Assembly: GCA_043720775.1 (NCBI GenBank)
Contig: JAYSRZ010000083.1
Coordinates: 1-48,911, forward strand
Source: Variovorax sp.
GTDB taxonomy: Bacteria; Pseudomonadota; Gammaproteobacteria; Burkholderiales; Burkholderiaceae_C
Direction of reading: 5' to 3'
DNA length: 48,911 bases
Positions 9,777 through 18,766 of this stretch are shown piece by piece. The position numbers and the translations under genes were made by a program. Position 1 is the first letter of the stretch; each line of letters opens with the position of its first letter. The notes under the pieces are model-generated. The model ran no database searches, was not told where the DNA came from, and was given only the letters and a program-made list of their open reading frames with translations.

Positions 9777-10424
9777 ATGAGCAACAACGCCCTTGTTCCC
9801 AAGCAACCACCGCAGATTTCGCGCGCGACCGGTAGCCTAATAGCTAGAGGTTTAGATCAGGTATTGACGGAAACTGTGCCTGTAGCCGGCCCCAGTCCGA
9901 ATGCTGAATTTTTGCGATGTCAGAAACTTGCTGAACAAGGTAACGTTGTTGCGCAAGCGGCGTTAGCTGGCATGTATGCAGACGGTAATGGCGTAGAGAA
10001 AAATGCAGTATTTGCACTTAAGTGGTATGAAAAAGCTGCCGAGCAAGGGCATGTGGAAGCTCAATTTTTACTAGGTTTAAAGTTTGACGATGGTGATGGT
10101 GTAGTTCAAAATAGTGAAACCGCTGTCAAGTGGTGGCGAAAAGCGGCAGAGCAAGGTTTTGCAAACGCTCAACTCTATTTAGCCATGGCGTACTTGACCG
10201 GTGCAGGAACAGAAAAAAATACAGTGGATGCATTGATATGGTTGCAAAAAGCTGCTGATCAAGGCAAACCAGAAGCACAATTCCTTTTAGGCATCTACTA
10301 CCAAGGGGGCATAGTCGTAAGGCAAGATTCATTGGCTGCTGTTTATTGGTTCAAAAAAGCTGCAGTGCAGGGTCATACGCAAAGTAAAGAGAGACTTGAT
10401 CAACTTTTGAAAGAATGTAAGTGA
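9777..10424 (+). CDS. Sel1-like repeat protein (4 repeats, no signal peptide)
   Basis: Four 36-aa AQxxLxxxYxxGxGVxxNxxxAxxWxxKAAxQG repeats. Confidence 0.92.
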   Translation: MSNNALVPKQPPQISRATGSLIARGLDQVLTETVPVAGPSPNAEFLRCQKLAEQGNVVAQAALAGMYADGNGVEKNAVFALKWYEKAAEQGHVEAQFLLGLKFDDGDGVVQNSETAVKWWRKAAEQGFANAQLYLAMAYLTGAGTEKNTVDALIWLQKAADQGKPEAQFLLGIYYQGGIVVRQDSLAAVYWFKKAAVQGHTQSKERLDQLLKECK

Positions 10425-11653
10425 CTTCTTTTTTGCACGCTCTTTTTTCAAAAGAAACGCCCGAACAGGTGGAGCTAGCATCTAGATCAAAAGTGGTCGA
10501 AGTGCTGCAAACGCAAGTGGCACAACGCGAGCTTGATTTGGCAACGTTGCACGGTGAACTGCAATCGTTTAAAGCCATGTACTACCAGCGCGTTGGCTGT
10601 TTGTACCGTGACCGCGACAACCTAGAAGCTGAAGTTGCGCAATTGCTAGCATCGCTAGAGCCTGCGGACGATGCACGGCTCGCCGCAGCGCAACACGCTG
10701 CGGAGCAAGCGCAAGCGACGCAAGACGAAGTCAATGAAGCTGCTGCCCAAACTGAGGCTGCGCCGTTTAAGCCGAGTGACGAACTGAAATCAGCTTATCG
10801 TTTAGCCGCAAAAATGATGCATCCTGATCGTGGGGTAAGCGATAACGACCGCGCATATCGAAACGAGATGATGGCAAAAGTCAACGTGGCGTATGAGTGT
10901 ATGGATTTGAACGCCATCAGTCATTTAGTCAACGAGTTTCACGCCGAAGCTAATATTGGCGGCGGCATTGGGCGCGAACTTGTGATGCTCATCCGCCAAG
11001 AAGCCGCCCTTAAAAACCGTTTAAGTGCCATTGATGCTGAAATAAGCACACAGCAAAATGATGAATTGAGCAAACTGAAGATGCATTGTGAAACCAGTGT
11101 CGCAAGTGACAATCACCCTATAGAAACGCTGTGCGCCAGCTTGCAAACAGAAATCAACGCACTCAATGCCCGCGTACACGAATTGCGGCAAATCGCTACA
11201 GACAATGAAACTCAGCGACAAGACCAAGCGATGGCGGGGCAAACGCCCACGCCAAACGAGCACGACCTACAAAATGCCAGCGGCGTACACATACACCGCA
11301 CGGATCGTGGCGATTTTGTACGCAGTAAATCTGAGCTAGTGATTGCCAATGTCCTGCACGCCCTAGGCCTTGATTACTTCTATGAACGCAAAATAGAAGG
11401 TCGCAATACGGGCGGAAAAATGCTGCCTGATTTTGTGTTTATCAGCACAAAAGATGAGCTGTTAGTTTGGGAGCACTTAGGCATGTTAGACAAGCCCGAA
11501 TACCGCGAGCGTTGGGACATTAAACGCCGCTGGTACGAAGACAATGGTTTTATACAGGGTGTTAACTTTTTCGTCTCCCGCGACGAAAGTAACGGCAGCC
11601 TCGACAGCCAAGTCATTCGCAAAATTGCGCTGCTGGTAAAAGCAATGTTGTAA
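10421..11653 (+). CDS. Coiled-coil / J-domain protein fused to a C-terminal PD-(D/E)XK-like nuclease domain
   Basis: ELKSAYRLAAKMMHPDRG..MAKVNVAY (J domain, HPD intact); C-terminal VRSKSELVIANVL..YERK..PDF..VWEHLGML; GTGA overlap with the Sel1 gene. Confidence 0.7.
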   Translation: MTSFLHALFSKETPEQVELASRSKVVEVLQTQVAQRELDLATLHGELQSFKAMYYQRVGCLYRDRDNLEAEVAQLLASLEPADDARLAAAQHAAEQAQATQDEVNEAAAQTEAAPFKPSDELKSAYRLAAKMMHPDRGVSDNDRAYRNEMMAKVNVAYECMDLNAISHLVNEFHAEANIGGGIGRELVMLIRQEAALKNRLSAIDAEISTQQNDELSKLKMHCETSVASDNHPIETLCASLQTEINALNARVHELRQIATDNETQRQDQAMAGQTPTPNEHDLQNASGVHIHRTDRGDFVRSKSELVIANVLHALGLDYFYERKIEGRNTGGKMLPDFVFISTKDELLVWEHLGMLDKPEYRERWDIKRRWYEDNGFIQGVNFFVSRDESNGSLDSQVIRKIALLVKAML

Positions 11654-11946
11654 ACGGTATCAGTGGTTTAGTCCTCCTGTCAAACAACAATGCAGTGAAT
11701 GCCAAAGGATCAAGTAGCTAAATGGTGTTTGGCTTAGTCATTTAGAGCACGCACGGTCAAATCCTAATATTAGCTGACAGACCGCGAGAAAAGCTAGTAT
11801 CGCGATTTGCATCTCGCATGGGTAGCGTCAAATACAGGTTGCAAGTGCGGCCTAACTCGCAAAAGACGGGTTGTTACTAGGCATATTAAGATTGCCTCGA
11901 AAGCGTGAGTTATGGCGGGTGGGTAAATTCAGCAATTGGTGAAAAC

Positions 11947-12215
11947 GGATAGAAAATCCAAACCATGAGGACAGGCATGGCACGGGTTTGAGGCCTGTGA
12001 AGGTCCTTGATCCGTGCAAATTGGGCGATGACTGTCGCTTATATTGCGGGCTCGTTTGGCGCAAAACGTCTTCTCGTCTGGCGCACGCGCAGCCCTGCTC
12101 GGCAGCGTCCGTAGAACGCCGTTTTGCTCTTCAACCGGTGTGGACTCATCAGCTGACGCGTTGATCGAAATTGTAGTCCGGTGCGGCTTGCCCCACCAGA
12201 TCCGAGTCTGGCTCG
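11947..12215 (-). mobile_element. Degraded IS91/ISCR-like remnant (transposase C-terminal tip plus oriIS end)
   Basis: Minus strand reads EPDSDLVGQAAPDYNFDQRVS*, resembling recalled IS91-family C-termini (..QPAPDYExDQRxxW). About 200 bp later is GGTTTGGATTTTCTATCC, resembling the ISCR oriIS GxxTTGAAxTTCCTATxC. Confidence 0.55.
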
Positions 12216-12219
12216 GCTT

Positions 12220-12293
12220 GGTCGTAAGCGTCCGATGAACCCATGTTGATCTCACTGGTGCGGTAAACATGGGTTCGCCGAACGCTTATGACC
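12220..12293. repeat. 28-bp-arm inverted repeat
   Basis: ggtcgtaagcgtccgatgaacccatgtt / aacatgggttcgccgaacgcttatgacc, 4 mismatches, 18-nt loop. Confidence 0.85.
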
Positions 12294-12332
12294 CATTACG
12301 AGGCGGATGGAGATGGTTAGCGCATGGTTTTT

Positions 12333-12396
12333 ACTATTAAATTAGTAGCACTTAGCGCATTAAATACAACAGCTATCTGCTACTTTGGCTTAAAAA
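12333..12396 (+). repeat. 64-bp motif, copy 3 (intergenic)
   Basis: actattaaattagtagc-actta-gcgc-attaaataca-acagctatc-tgct-acttt-ggcttaaaaa. Confidence 0.75.
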
Positions 12397-12424
12397 TTCA
12401 TGCAGTTCGATGGAAAGAAGTCAC

Positions 12425-12658
12425 TTACACCGGCAAACCATCCACGCCCGCTTTCGCCAAAATATCAAACGCTCAATTGGCTGTACCACCTTGCACACGC
12501 GCATCCAAAAACTGCTGCGCTATTCTGCGGCAGGCAAGCTTTTCAGCCACCGCCACATTGACATATTGATTAATCGCCGCGCCATCGTTTGCCGCCGCTT
12601 GGCCCACCGCGTCGTACATGAAATGGGGAAGTCTCAAAGCTCAATTGTTGGCTTGCAT
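12425..12658 (-). pseudogene. Pseudogene of an RHH antitoxin, paralogous to 9391-9639
   Basis: MQANN*ALRLPHFMYDAVGQAAANDGAAINQYVNVAVAEKLACRRIAQQFLDARVQGGTAN*AFDILAKAG; two in-frame TGA codons. Confidence 0.75.
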
Positions 12659-12678
12659 GACTGTCTATGTTGGCATAG

Positions 12679-13086
12679 TTACTTAACGGCTCTGGGCGCC
12701 TCGGGTTTCATATCTACCGGAGTTGCGCCCAACCCTGTACTGCCCGAAGTATTGGAATAGCTTGCTTTTTTCAAGGTGCCCCTTTCGTCAATCTCAAAGC
12801 TCGCAGTACTGACACTGTAGTCACTGCCGCCTGCAAAGGCACCCACAATCGGAATAAAGGTGGCTGCCTTTGTTTGGTATTGCATACCTGTGTATGTAAT
12901 GGTTTTAACGCCGGACTGGATCATGACCGAAGTTGGTCGACCGAGCTTTTGCAAAATTTCCGTTTCTGTTGTTTTACCTTCAACAAACTGCGTTGCGGCT
13001 GATTGCGAGACTTGTACGCCAGAGGAGGCACATCCATAAAGCTGCAACATGACTGCCGCGACAGCTACCGAGATCATTTTTTTCAT
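12679..13086 (-). CDS. Lipoprotein, SmpA/OmlA(BamE)-like fold
   Basis: Signal peptide with lipobox LYGC; FVEGKTTETEILQKLGRP. Confidence 0.8.
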   Translation of the reverse strand: MKKMISVAVAAVMLQLYGCASSGVQVSQSAATQFVEGKTTETEILQKLGRPTSVMIQSGVKTITYTGMQYQTKAATFIPIVGAFAGGSDYSVSTASFEIDERGTLKKASYSNTSGSTGLGATPVDMKPEAPRAVK

Positions 13087-13345
13087 CTTTTCGTCCTGTA
13101 TACGTTACTAAATATGACCGATTCATTATGACATCAGCACTCTGCTTTTTGTTAACGGGCTGCTGTTCGGCGCATCATCGCGTCTTTAAGCCTGCCCACG
13201 TACTGCTCAAAAACTTCAAAGCCAGTCCTCCAGCCGCAACTCAGGTACTCTTGAAAAATGCTGAGGGAATGCGGGTCAAATCTTTCGTCATCACATCACC
13301 ATCTTTTTGTATTCATGCCGCTGACGCGAGCGGTGAGCTGGTGTG

Positions 13346-15421
13346 TCAGTCAACAACTCGACTGTGTGATGCACCACCAGCGCTTTTGTAGGCGGCGCGG
13401 TAGCCGCCAGCACTCTCCACATAGGCTAGCAAATCCTTAAAAAACGGATTTGAGCTGAGCGTGGATGAATCGCCGACAAGCAGCAATTTGCGTCTTGCGC
13501 GGGTCATGCCGACGTTCATTCGGCGGATGTCTGAGAGGAAGCCGATTTCGCCCTGCTGGTTGCTGCGCGTTAGCGATATGGCGATGATGTCACGCTCTTG
13601 GCCTTGGAATGAATCGACTGTGCCTACGCTGAGCAGGCGCTGCTGCAACAGGCCGTTGAGCGCGTCGTTTTGCTCGATGGCGTCTTTCAGATAGTTGATT
13701 TGGGCGCGGTAGGGGGCGATGACGCCGATGGTGAGCGGCTTTTGATCGTGCTCGGCATGATTGCAAGGCTCTAAAAGCTGGGCGAGGCGCTTGAGCAGTA
13801 AATCTGCCTCTTCGGGGTTGGCCGTGGAGCGGCTCTCAGGTATGGTGATCTCATGGAAACCAAGGCCGGCCGTGTCGATGAATTCCACGGGCAGATCGGG
13901 CGCAAAGCTCTCGTCGTAAGCCTCAAGACAAGCGCGGCGCACGCTGATGTGCGCCTCCAATTGGCCGCCATAGAACTGCTCGGAGCTGAATGCCATGATT
14001 TGCTCGTGCATGCGGTATTGCACGGTGAGCATGCGGGCTGTGGCGCTCTGGCGCTTGATGCACTTTTCAAACAATGTCTCGCGCAGGCCGCCTGCAGCAG
14101 CCTTTTCGCTTTTTACAGTGGGCGGCAACTGGTGATGATCGCCCGCCAAAATCACGCGTTCAGCCTTCGCAATCGGAATCCAGCAGCCCGGCTCTAGGGC
14201 CTGGGCGGCTTCGTCGATAAATACGGTCTCAAAGCTAAGGTGGCGAATGTTGCGATTGCTCGCGCCTACCAGCGTGCTCGTGATGACCTGCACGGATTCA
14301 ACAACGTCATTTGCTATAAAGCGCTCCAAATCGTCGGCCGCTTGAGAGAGGGTTCGCGCTTCTTCTTTGAGCAGCCGGCGCTGCTGCCGCCCTTCGAAGC
14401 CGAAATCGCGGGCATGTTTATCTCCAAGTTCGCTGGCCGTCGCGCGGTGCTGGGCGGCGGTTTGGCGCATCGCGCGCATCTTGGCGTAGCTTGGATGCGC
14501 CATGACGCGGGCATCGAGCGTGTGCTGAAGCAGCAAATCAGATACGCGGCTGGGGTTGCCCATGCGGATGACGTTAACGCCGCGCTCGGCCAGCTTTTCA
14601 GTGAGCAGATCCACGGCAGTGTTTGACGGGGCGCAGACCAACACGCGCCGCTCACGCCGCACGGTTTCCAAAATGGCCTGCACCAGCGTGGTGGTTTTGC
14701 CCGTGCCGGGCGGGCCGTGGATGATGGCGACGTCCTCGGCCGTGATCACGTGGCGCACGGCTTCGAGTTGCGAATCGTTCAGCGGGCTAGGGTAGAACAA
14801 ATCGTCGGCTTTTTGCTCGCGGAAGCTGGCCTGCTTGGCGCCCAGCAACACGTCGCGCAGCTCGGCTAGACGGTTTCCCTGAGCGCCTATTACTGCGCTG
14901 AGGGCGTATTCCATTTCGCGGTAGCTCACTTCGTCGAAGGTGAGATCAATGCCGAGCTTGCCCGCGCTCAGCTTGTTGTTTTCTAGCTTGCCGCCACCGA
15001 ACTTGCCGTCACTTTGCACCCAATCGGGCAGCTCTTCTTTGTTGGTAGCCAGCAGCAGCTTGTTGCGCTGCACACCAATAATCACGCCACTCAGCTCAGG
15101 CCGATCGTCAGCCGAGTGGCCCGGCGCATTGCTAAACAGGCAGGCATTCGCGCCCACTTGAAACAAGTGCAGGGCATGCTCGCCGGCAGGGCGCTCCAAC
15201 TCCAGCACCACTTTGCCGCCAAAGCCAAGGTCTTCGCTGGTAATGCTGATGGGATACCAAGACAGGCCGCGCCTCTGGCGCTCTTTAATGCTTGCGCTGG
15301 CGTTTTTGAGCTTGAACTGGGCCGCATCTTCCTTTTGCTCAAGTTGCATGAGTGAGTGCACGTGGCGCAACTCTTTTTTAACTGCGGAAGAATCAATGGG
15401 GATAAGGTCGAAATCTGGCAA
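13346..15421 (-). CDS. Superfamily 1 Upf1/IGHMBP2/DNA2-like helicase
   Basis: IHGPPGTGKTTT, CAPSNTAVD, IDEAAQA, AGDHHQLPP, QYRM, TVDSFQGQE, NVGMTRAR. Confidence 0.93.
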   Translation of the reverse strand: MPDFDLIPIDSSAVKKELRHVHSLMQLEQKEDAAQFKLKNASASIKERQRRGLSWYPISITSEDLGFGGKVVLELERPAGEHALHLFQVGANACLFSNAPGHSADDRPELSGVIIGVQRNKLLLATNKEELPDWVQSDGKFGGGKLENNKLSAGKLGIDLTFDEVSYREMEYALSAVIGAQGNRLAELRDVLLGAKQASFREQKADDLFYPSPLNDSQLEAVRHVITAEDVAIIHGPPGTGKTTTLVQAILETVRRERRVLVCAPSNTAVDLLTEKLAERGVNVIRMGNPSRVSDLLLQHTLDARVMAHPSYAKMRAMRQTAAQHRATASELGDKHARDFGFEGRQQRRLLKEEARTLSQAADDLERFIANDVVESVQVITSTLVGASNRNIRHLSFETVFIDEAAQALEPGCWIPIAKAERVILAGDHHQLPPTVKSEKAAAGGLRETLFEKCIKRQSATARMLTVQYRMHEQIMAFSSEQFYGGQLEAHISVRRACLEAYDESFAPDLPVEFIDTAGLGFHEITIPESRSTANPEEADLLLKRLAQLLEPCNHAEHDQKPLTIGVIAPYRAQINYLKDAIEQNDALNGLLQQRLLSVGTVDSFQGQERDIIAISLTRSNQQGEIGFLSDIRRMNVGMTRARRKLLLVGDSSTLSSNPFFKDLLAYVESAGGYRAAYKSAGGASHSRVVD

Positions 15422-15550
15422 GGCAATAGAGATTGAATCTCTTCACGTTTTGAAATAATCCGCGACTTTAACGTAGGCACGAGTTGCTGGACTGATCTGG
15501 GGGCATGGAACACCGGCGGGCTCCTTTGTGCAACGCGGAATAATCAGAAA

Positions 15551-15584
15551 TTGACAAATCTGCGCTTTTGCATAAAAATGCAAA
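15551..15584 (+). promoter_or_regulatory. Putative vapBC promoter/operator
   Basis: TTGACA at 15551 followed by the palindrome TTTGCAT-AAAA-ATGCAAA just before the antitoxin ATG. Confidence 0.55.
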
Positions 15585-15585
15585 T

Positions 15586-15900
15586 ATGCGTACCAGTATA
15601 GACTTTCCTGACCCTTTGTTTCGGACCCTGAAGGCCAGCGCGGCTATGCAGGGCATGAGCTTGCGTGATCATGTGTTGGCTTTGATTGAGCGGGGGATGC
15701 AGCAGAGTGCCATGCCAGTTAAACGTGTGCCCCGGCCTGTCTCAGACCCTCCGATGCTGGGGCCAGAGTACGAGCTGAGTGTTCATCCGGATCGCCTGCG
15801 GGGTGGCGGAGCGCAGCAATTGCTGGATGAACTGGATTTAGAGGCCTATTTGAATGTCGTGAAATATGGCAGCTCTTCGGGCGAGACTAGGCCGCTATGA
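15586..15900 (+). CDS. VapB-like RHH antitoxin
   Basis: MRTSIDFPDPLFRTLKASAAMQGMSLRDHVLALIERG; overlaps the PIN gene. Confidence 0.85.
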   Translation: MRTSIDFPDPLFRTLKASAAMQGMSLRDHVLALIERGMQQSAMPVKRVPRPVSDPPMLGPEYELSVHPDRLRGGGAQQLLDELDLEAYLNVVKYGSSSGETRPL

Positions 15901-16436
15901 ACGAAGTGCGGGATGGCATTGCTGGGCTGCCAGCAACTTGGAGCCGCGTTCGCGGAGATTTGCCTGATGTGAACGTGTGGCTGGCATTGGCTCAGCGGGC
16001 GCATCCTCATCATGCGTTGGCAAAAGCGTATTGGCAAACAGCTTCTGCGCAATTCGCGCAAGAAGCTACTTTGCTTACGAACGATCAAGTCGAATCCAAA
16101 ATTCACTTTTGCCGCACGACGATGCTCGGGCTCGTGCGCTTGCTAAGCCAAACCAGTAAGCAATATGGCAAAGAGGTGAGCTTGCAGAGCAGCTTCTCAA
16201 TCTATGAGCGTTATGCGCTTTTGGTTGAAGTTGGGTTTATTGCGGAGACTGCCAGCACGGTTGATGCCATGATGAGCTCGATGCACAACGCTTGGCCACA
16301 CTTGACGCATCGAATGTCTACCGATGTTTATCTTGCTGCTCTGGCAAAGGTCTATCGCCTGAGATTGGTCACGTTTGATCGAGATTTCAAGCGCTTTGAA
16401 TTGCCAGATATTTTGCTTTTAGAGGATGCCGTGTGA
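15897..16436 (+). CDS. vapC: VapC PIN-domain toxin
   Basis: DLPDVNVWLALA..HPHH, TDVYLAALA, LVTFDRDF. Confidence 0.9.
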   Translation: MNEVRDGIAGLPATWSRVRGDLPDVNVWLALAQRAHPHHALAKAYWQTASAQFAQEATLLTNDQVESKIHFCRTTMLGLVRLLSQTSKQYGKEVSLQSSFSIYERYALLVEVGFIAETASTVDAMMSSMHNAWPHLTHRMSTDVYLAALAKVYRLRLVTFDRDFKRFELPDILLLEDAV

Positions 16437-17278
16437 GTGCTGCTTCAAGCTTTGCAAAGTCGCCGAGCATCTGGGTCAACATCGAGCGTTTTGAGGGCTC
16501 AAGCCCGCGCGAGGTGGGGGCTTGGATGCTGGTTTCTGTAGATGCTGTTGAAGGCACGGTTGGTGGCGGGCGCTTGGAGTTTGATGCGATTGCGCATGCG
16601 CGATCCTTGTTGACTTCGCAGGCTCGCTCATTGTTGTCTGCCACGCCGTTTGTTGCTGCAGAAGAAACGCGACGCTATGCGCTCGGGCCCTCGCTTGGGC
16701 AATGTTGCGGTGGCGTGGTGTGGCTCAAGTTCGTGGGCATTGCTTCTGGAGATACTACTAAAATGATAGCACTTTGCGCGGATTCTACGAGCGCTAATGG
16801 CCTAAATCGCTTAAATATTGCTTTGTTTGGCGGCGGGCATGTGGGCAAGGCGATTGTGAATGCGCTCGCTCGTTTGCCTTGCAGCGTGCATTGGATTGAC
16901 AGCCGCGACGAGATTTTTCCTGATGCGATTCCAGCCAACGTGCAGACCGAGCATTCCGCGCCTGTGCAAGCCGCAGTGAGCGATCTCGCCGCGCAAAGCC
17001 ATGTGCTGATCATGAGCTTCTCGCATGCGGAGGATTTGGATGTGGTGGCTGCTTGCTTGCTTCGGCAGCGAGAGAAAAATGATCTGCCTTTCATCGGCTT
17101 GATCGGCAGCAAGACGAAGTGGGCGACGTTTCGGCATCGGCTGCAAGAGCGGGGGTTTTCAGATGAAGAGTTGGCGCACGTCACTTGCCCGATCGGCCTG
17201 CCCGGCATTGCAGGCAAAGAGCCTGAGGTGATTGCGGCGAGCGTTGCGGCGCAGTTGTTGCAGTTTCGCAAAATCTAA
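16433..17278 (+). CDS. xdhC: Xanthine dehydrogenase accessory protein
   Basis: GSSPRE, GTVGGGRLE, LGPSLGQCCGG, LFGGGHVG, GLIGSKTK, CPIG. Confidence 0.95.
   Translation: MSAASSFAKSPSIWVNIERFEGSSPREVGAWMLVSVDAVEGTVGGGRLEFDAIAHARSLLTSQARSLLSATPFVAAEETRRYALGPSLGQCCGGVVWLKFVGIASGDTTKMIALCADSTSANGLNRLNIALFGGGHVGKAIVNALARLPCSVHWIDSRDEIFPDAIPANVQTEHSAPVQAAVSDLAAQSHVLIMSFSHAEDLDVVAACLLRQREKNDLPFIGLIGSKTKWATFRHRLQERGFSDEELAHVTCPIGLPGIAGKEPEVIAASVAAQLLQFRKI
16754..16817 (+). repeat. 64-bp motif, copy 4 (in xdhC inter-domain region; TTKMIALCADSTSANGLNRLN)
   Basis: actactaaaatgatagc-acttt-gcgc-ggattctacg-agcgctaat-ggcc-taaat-cgcttaaata. Confidence 0.88.
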
Positions 17279-17304
17279 AAAGCACTCCAGCGTAAACTTA
17301 ACGC

Positions 17305-18591
17305 ATGCCCTTTTCAAATCTCGGATTCGAGCCTTCTGTCGTAGCAGCATTCCATCGCACTTTGCAAGGCGAAGAATTCTCCAGTGCCACGCCCGTTCAG
17401 CTTGCTTCGATTCCGGCTGTTTTGCAAGGCCGCGATGTGCTCGCTTCCGCGCAAACGGGCTCTGGCAAGACAGCGGCCTACGCATTGCCTCTTTTGCAGC
17501 TTATCGTGGGTTTAGAAGCGGCGCAAGCAGGCAGGCCGCGCTGCCTTATCCTCGTGCCTACGCGTGAGCTGGCGGTGCAGGTCGACGAGATGGTGCGCAA
17601 ATTCGCCAAATTTCTGCCTCGCAAAATCAAGCTGCTTGCAGCGTTTGGCGGCGTGGATATTGAGCCGCAAATGGCTGCATTGCGCGAGGGAATAGATATT
17701 CTGATCGCCACGCCGGGGCGCTTGCTTGATCTCGCAGATCAACGCGCTTTGAGCTTCAAATCGATTCGGTATTTCGTGCTCGATGAGGCAGATCGCTTGC
17801 TCGAATTGGGCTTCTATGATGAGTTGCAGCGCATCCTCACGCTCTTGCCAGAGAAGCGCCAGAATCTGTTTTTCTCTGCTACTTTCTCAAGCGAGATTGA
17901 AATACTGGCCGTGGCCTTGCTGCACGAGCCTGTGCGCATCGAAATTGCAGCTACTGAAAAAGAAAAGCCACAAATCGAAGAACGAGCGATTGCCGTGGAT
18001 GCCGCGCGGCGCACGCAGCTATTCAAAAAGCTCTTCATTGAAAACGATTGGGAGCGTGCGCTCGTTTTCGTCGCTCGCCAATACGATGCAGAAAAAGTGG
18101 CGATGAAGCTGCGCTCGGCTGGATTGAAAGCTGAGCCGCTGCACGGCCAGCTCACGCAGGGGAAGCGCATTCAGGTGGTGCAAGACATCAAGGCGGGGCG
18201 GATTGATGTGGTGGTGGCCACCGATCTGGCCTCTAGGGGCTTGGATATCAAAGAACTGCCAGTCGTGGTGAATTTTGATTTACCGCGCTCAGCCACCGAT
18301 TACACGCATCGCATCGGTCGCACAGGCCGCGCAGGCTTGGCTGGCTTGGCCGTGAATTTCGTGACCGTGGATATGCACGCGCATTGGCAGCTGATTTGCA
18401 AGCGCCAAGAGTTAGCCATTGAGATTGAAGAAATTGAAGGCTTTGAGCCCACTGATCAAGCATCGCCCGAGGGCGAGGCGCTCGTGCCCACGGGGCTTGA
18501 TATCCATGGCGGCATCAAAGGCAAGCGGCCTAGCAAGAAAGACAAGCTTCGCGCGGCTGCGGCGCTGGCTGCCGTTTCTAATCCTAGTTAG
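17305..18591 (+). CDS. DEAD-box RNA helicase (RhlE-like)
   Basis: AQTGSGKT, PTRELA, ATPGRL, DEAD, SAT, SRGLD, HRIGRTGR. Confidence 0.95.
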   Translation: MPFSNLGFEPSVVAAFHRTLQGEEFSSATPVQLASIPAVLQGRDVLASAQTGSGKTAAYALPLLQLIVGLEAAQAGRPRCLILVPTRELAVQVDEMVRKFAKFLPRKIKLLAAFGGVDIEPQMAALREGIDILIATPGRLLDLADQRALSFKSIRYFVLDEADRLLELGFYDELQRILTLLPEKRQNLFFSATFSSEIEILAVALLHEPVRIEIAATEKEKPQIEERAIAVDAARRTQLFKKLFIENDWERALVFVARQYDAEKVAMKLRSAGLKAEPLHGQLTQGKRIQVVQDIKAGRIDVVVATDLASRGLDIKELPVVVNFDLPRSATDYTHRIGRTGRAGLAGLAVNFVTVDMHAHWQLICKRQELAIEIEEIEGFEPTDQASPEGEALVPTGLDIHGGIKGKRPSKKDKLRAAAALAAVSNPS

Positions 18592-18766
18592 CGGCTCCAA
18601 GCCTGAAGCCAAGAGCCAAAAACCAACTGCATCCTAGGCATAAAAAGCCGCAGCTTTTTTGCCAATTCGTTCCTGTATACAATCGCGTTGTGCCGCAGCG
18701 GAGCTACTTTTAGTTCGCGGCCAGTTCTGTTTACAGCGCCCGCGGTGGTGAACAGTAGGAGATCCC

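Noticed and set aside
11845-12325. Possible integron attC sites (GCCTAAC at ~11850, GTTAGCG at ~12316)
   Set aside because: No matching R''/R' and L boxes at attC spacing, and no IntI in the window
12425-12658. TGA recoding (Trp/Sec) to explain the in-frame stops
   Set aside because: TGA is used as a normal stop by many genes here and no SECIS-like hairpin is evident; pseudogenisation is simpler
13128-13440. Short ORFs between the lipoprotein and helicase genes
   Set aside because: No motif or RBS support; possibly decayed sequence
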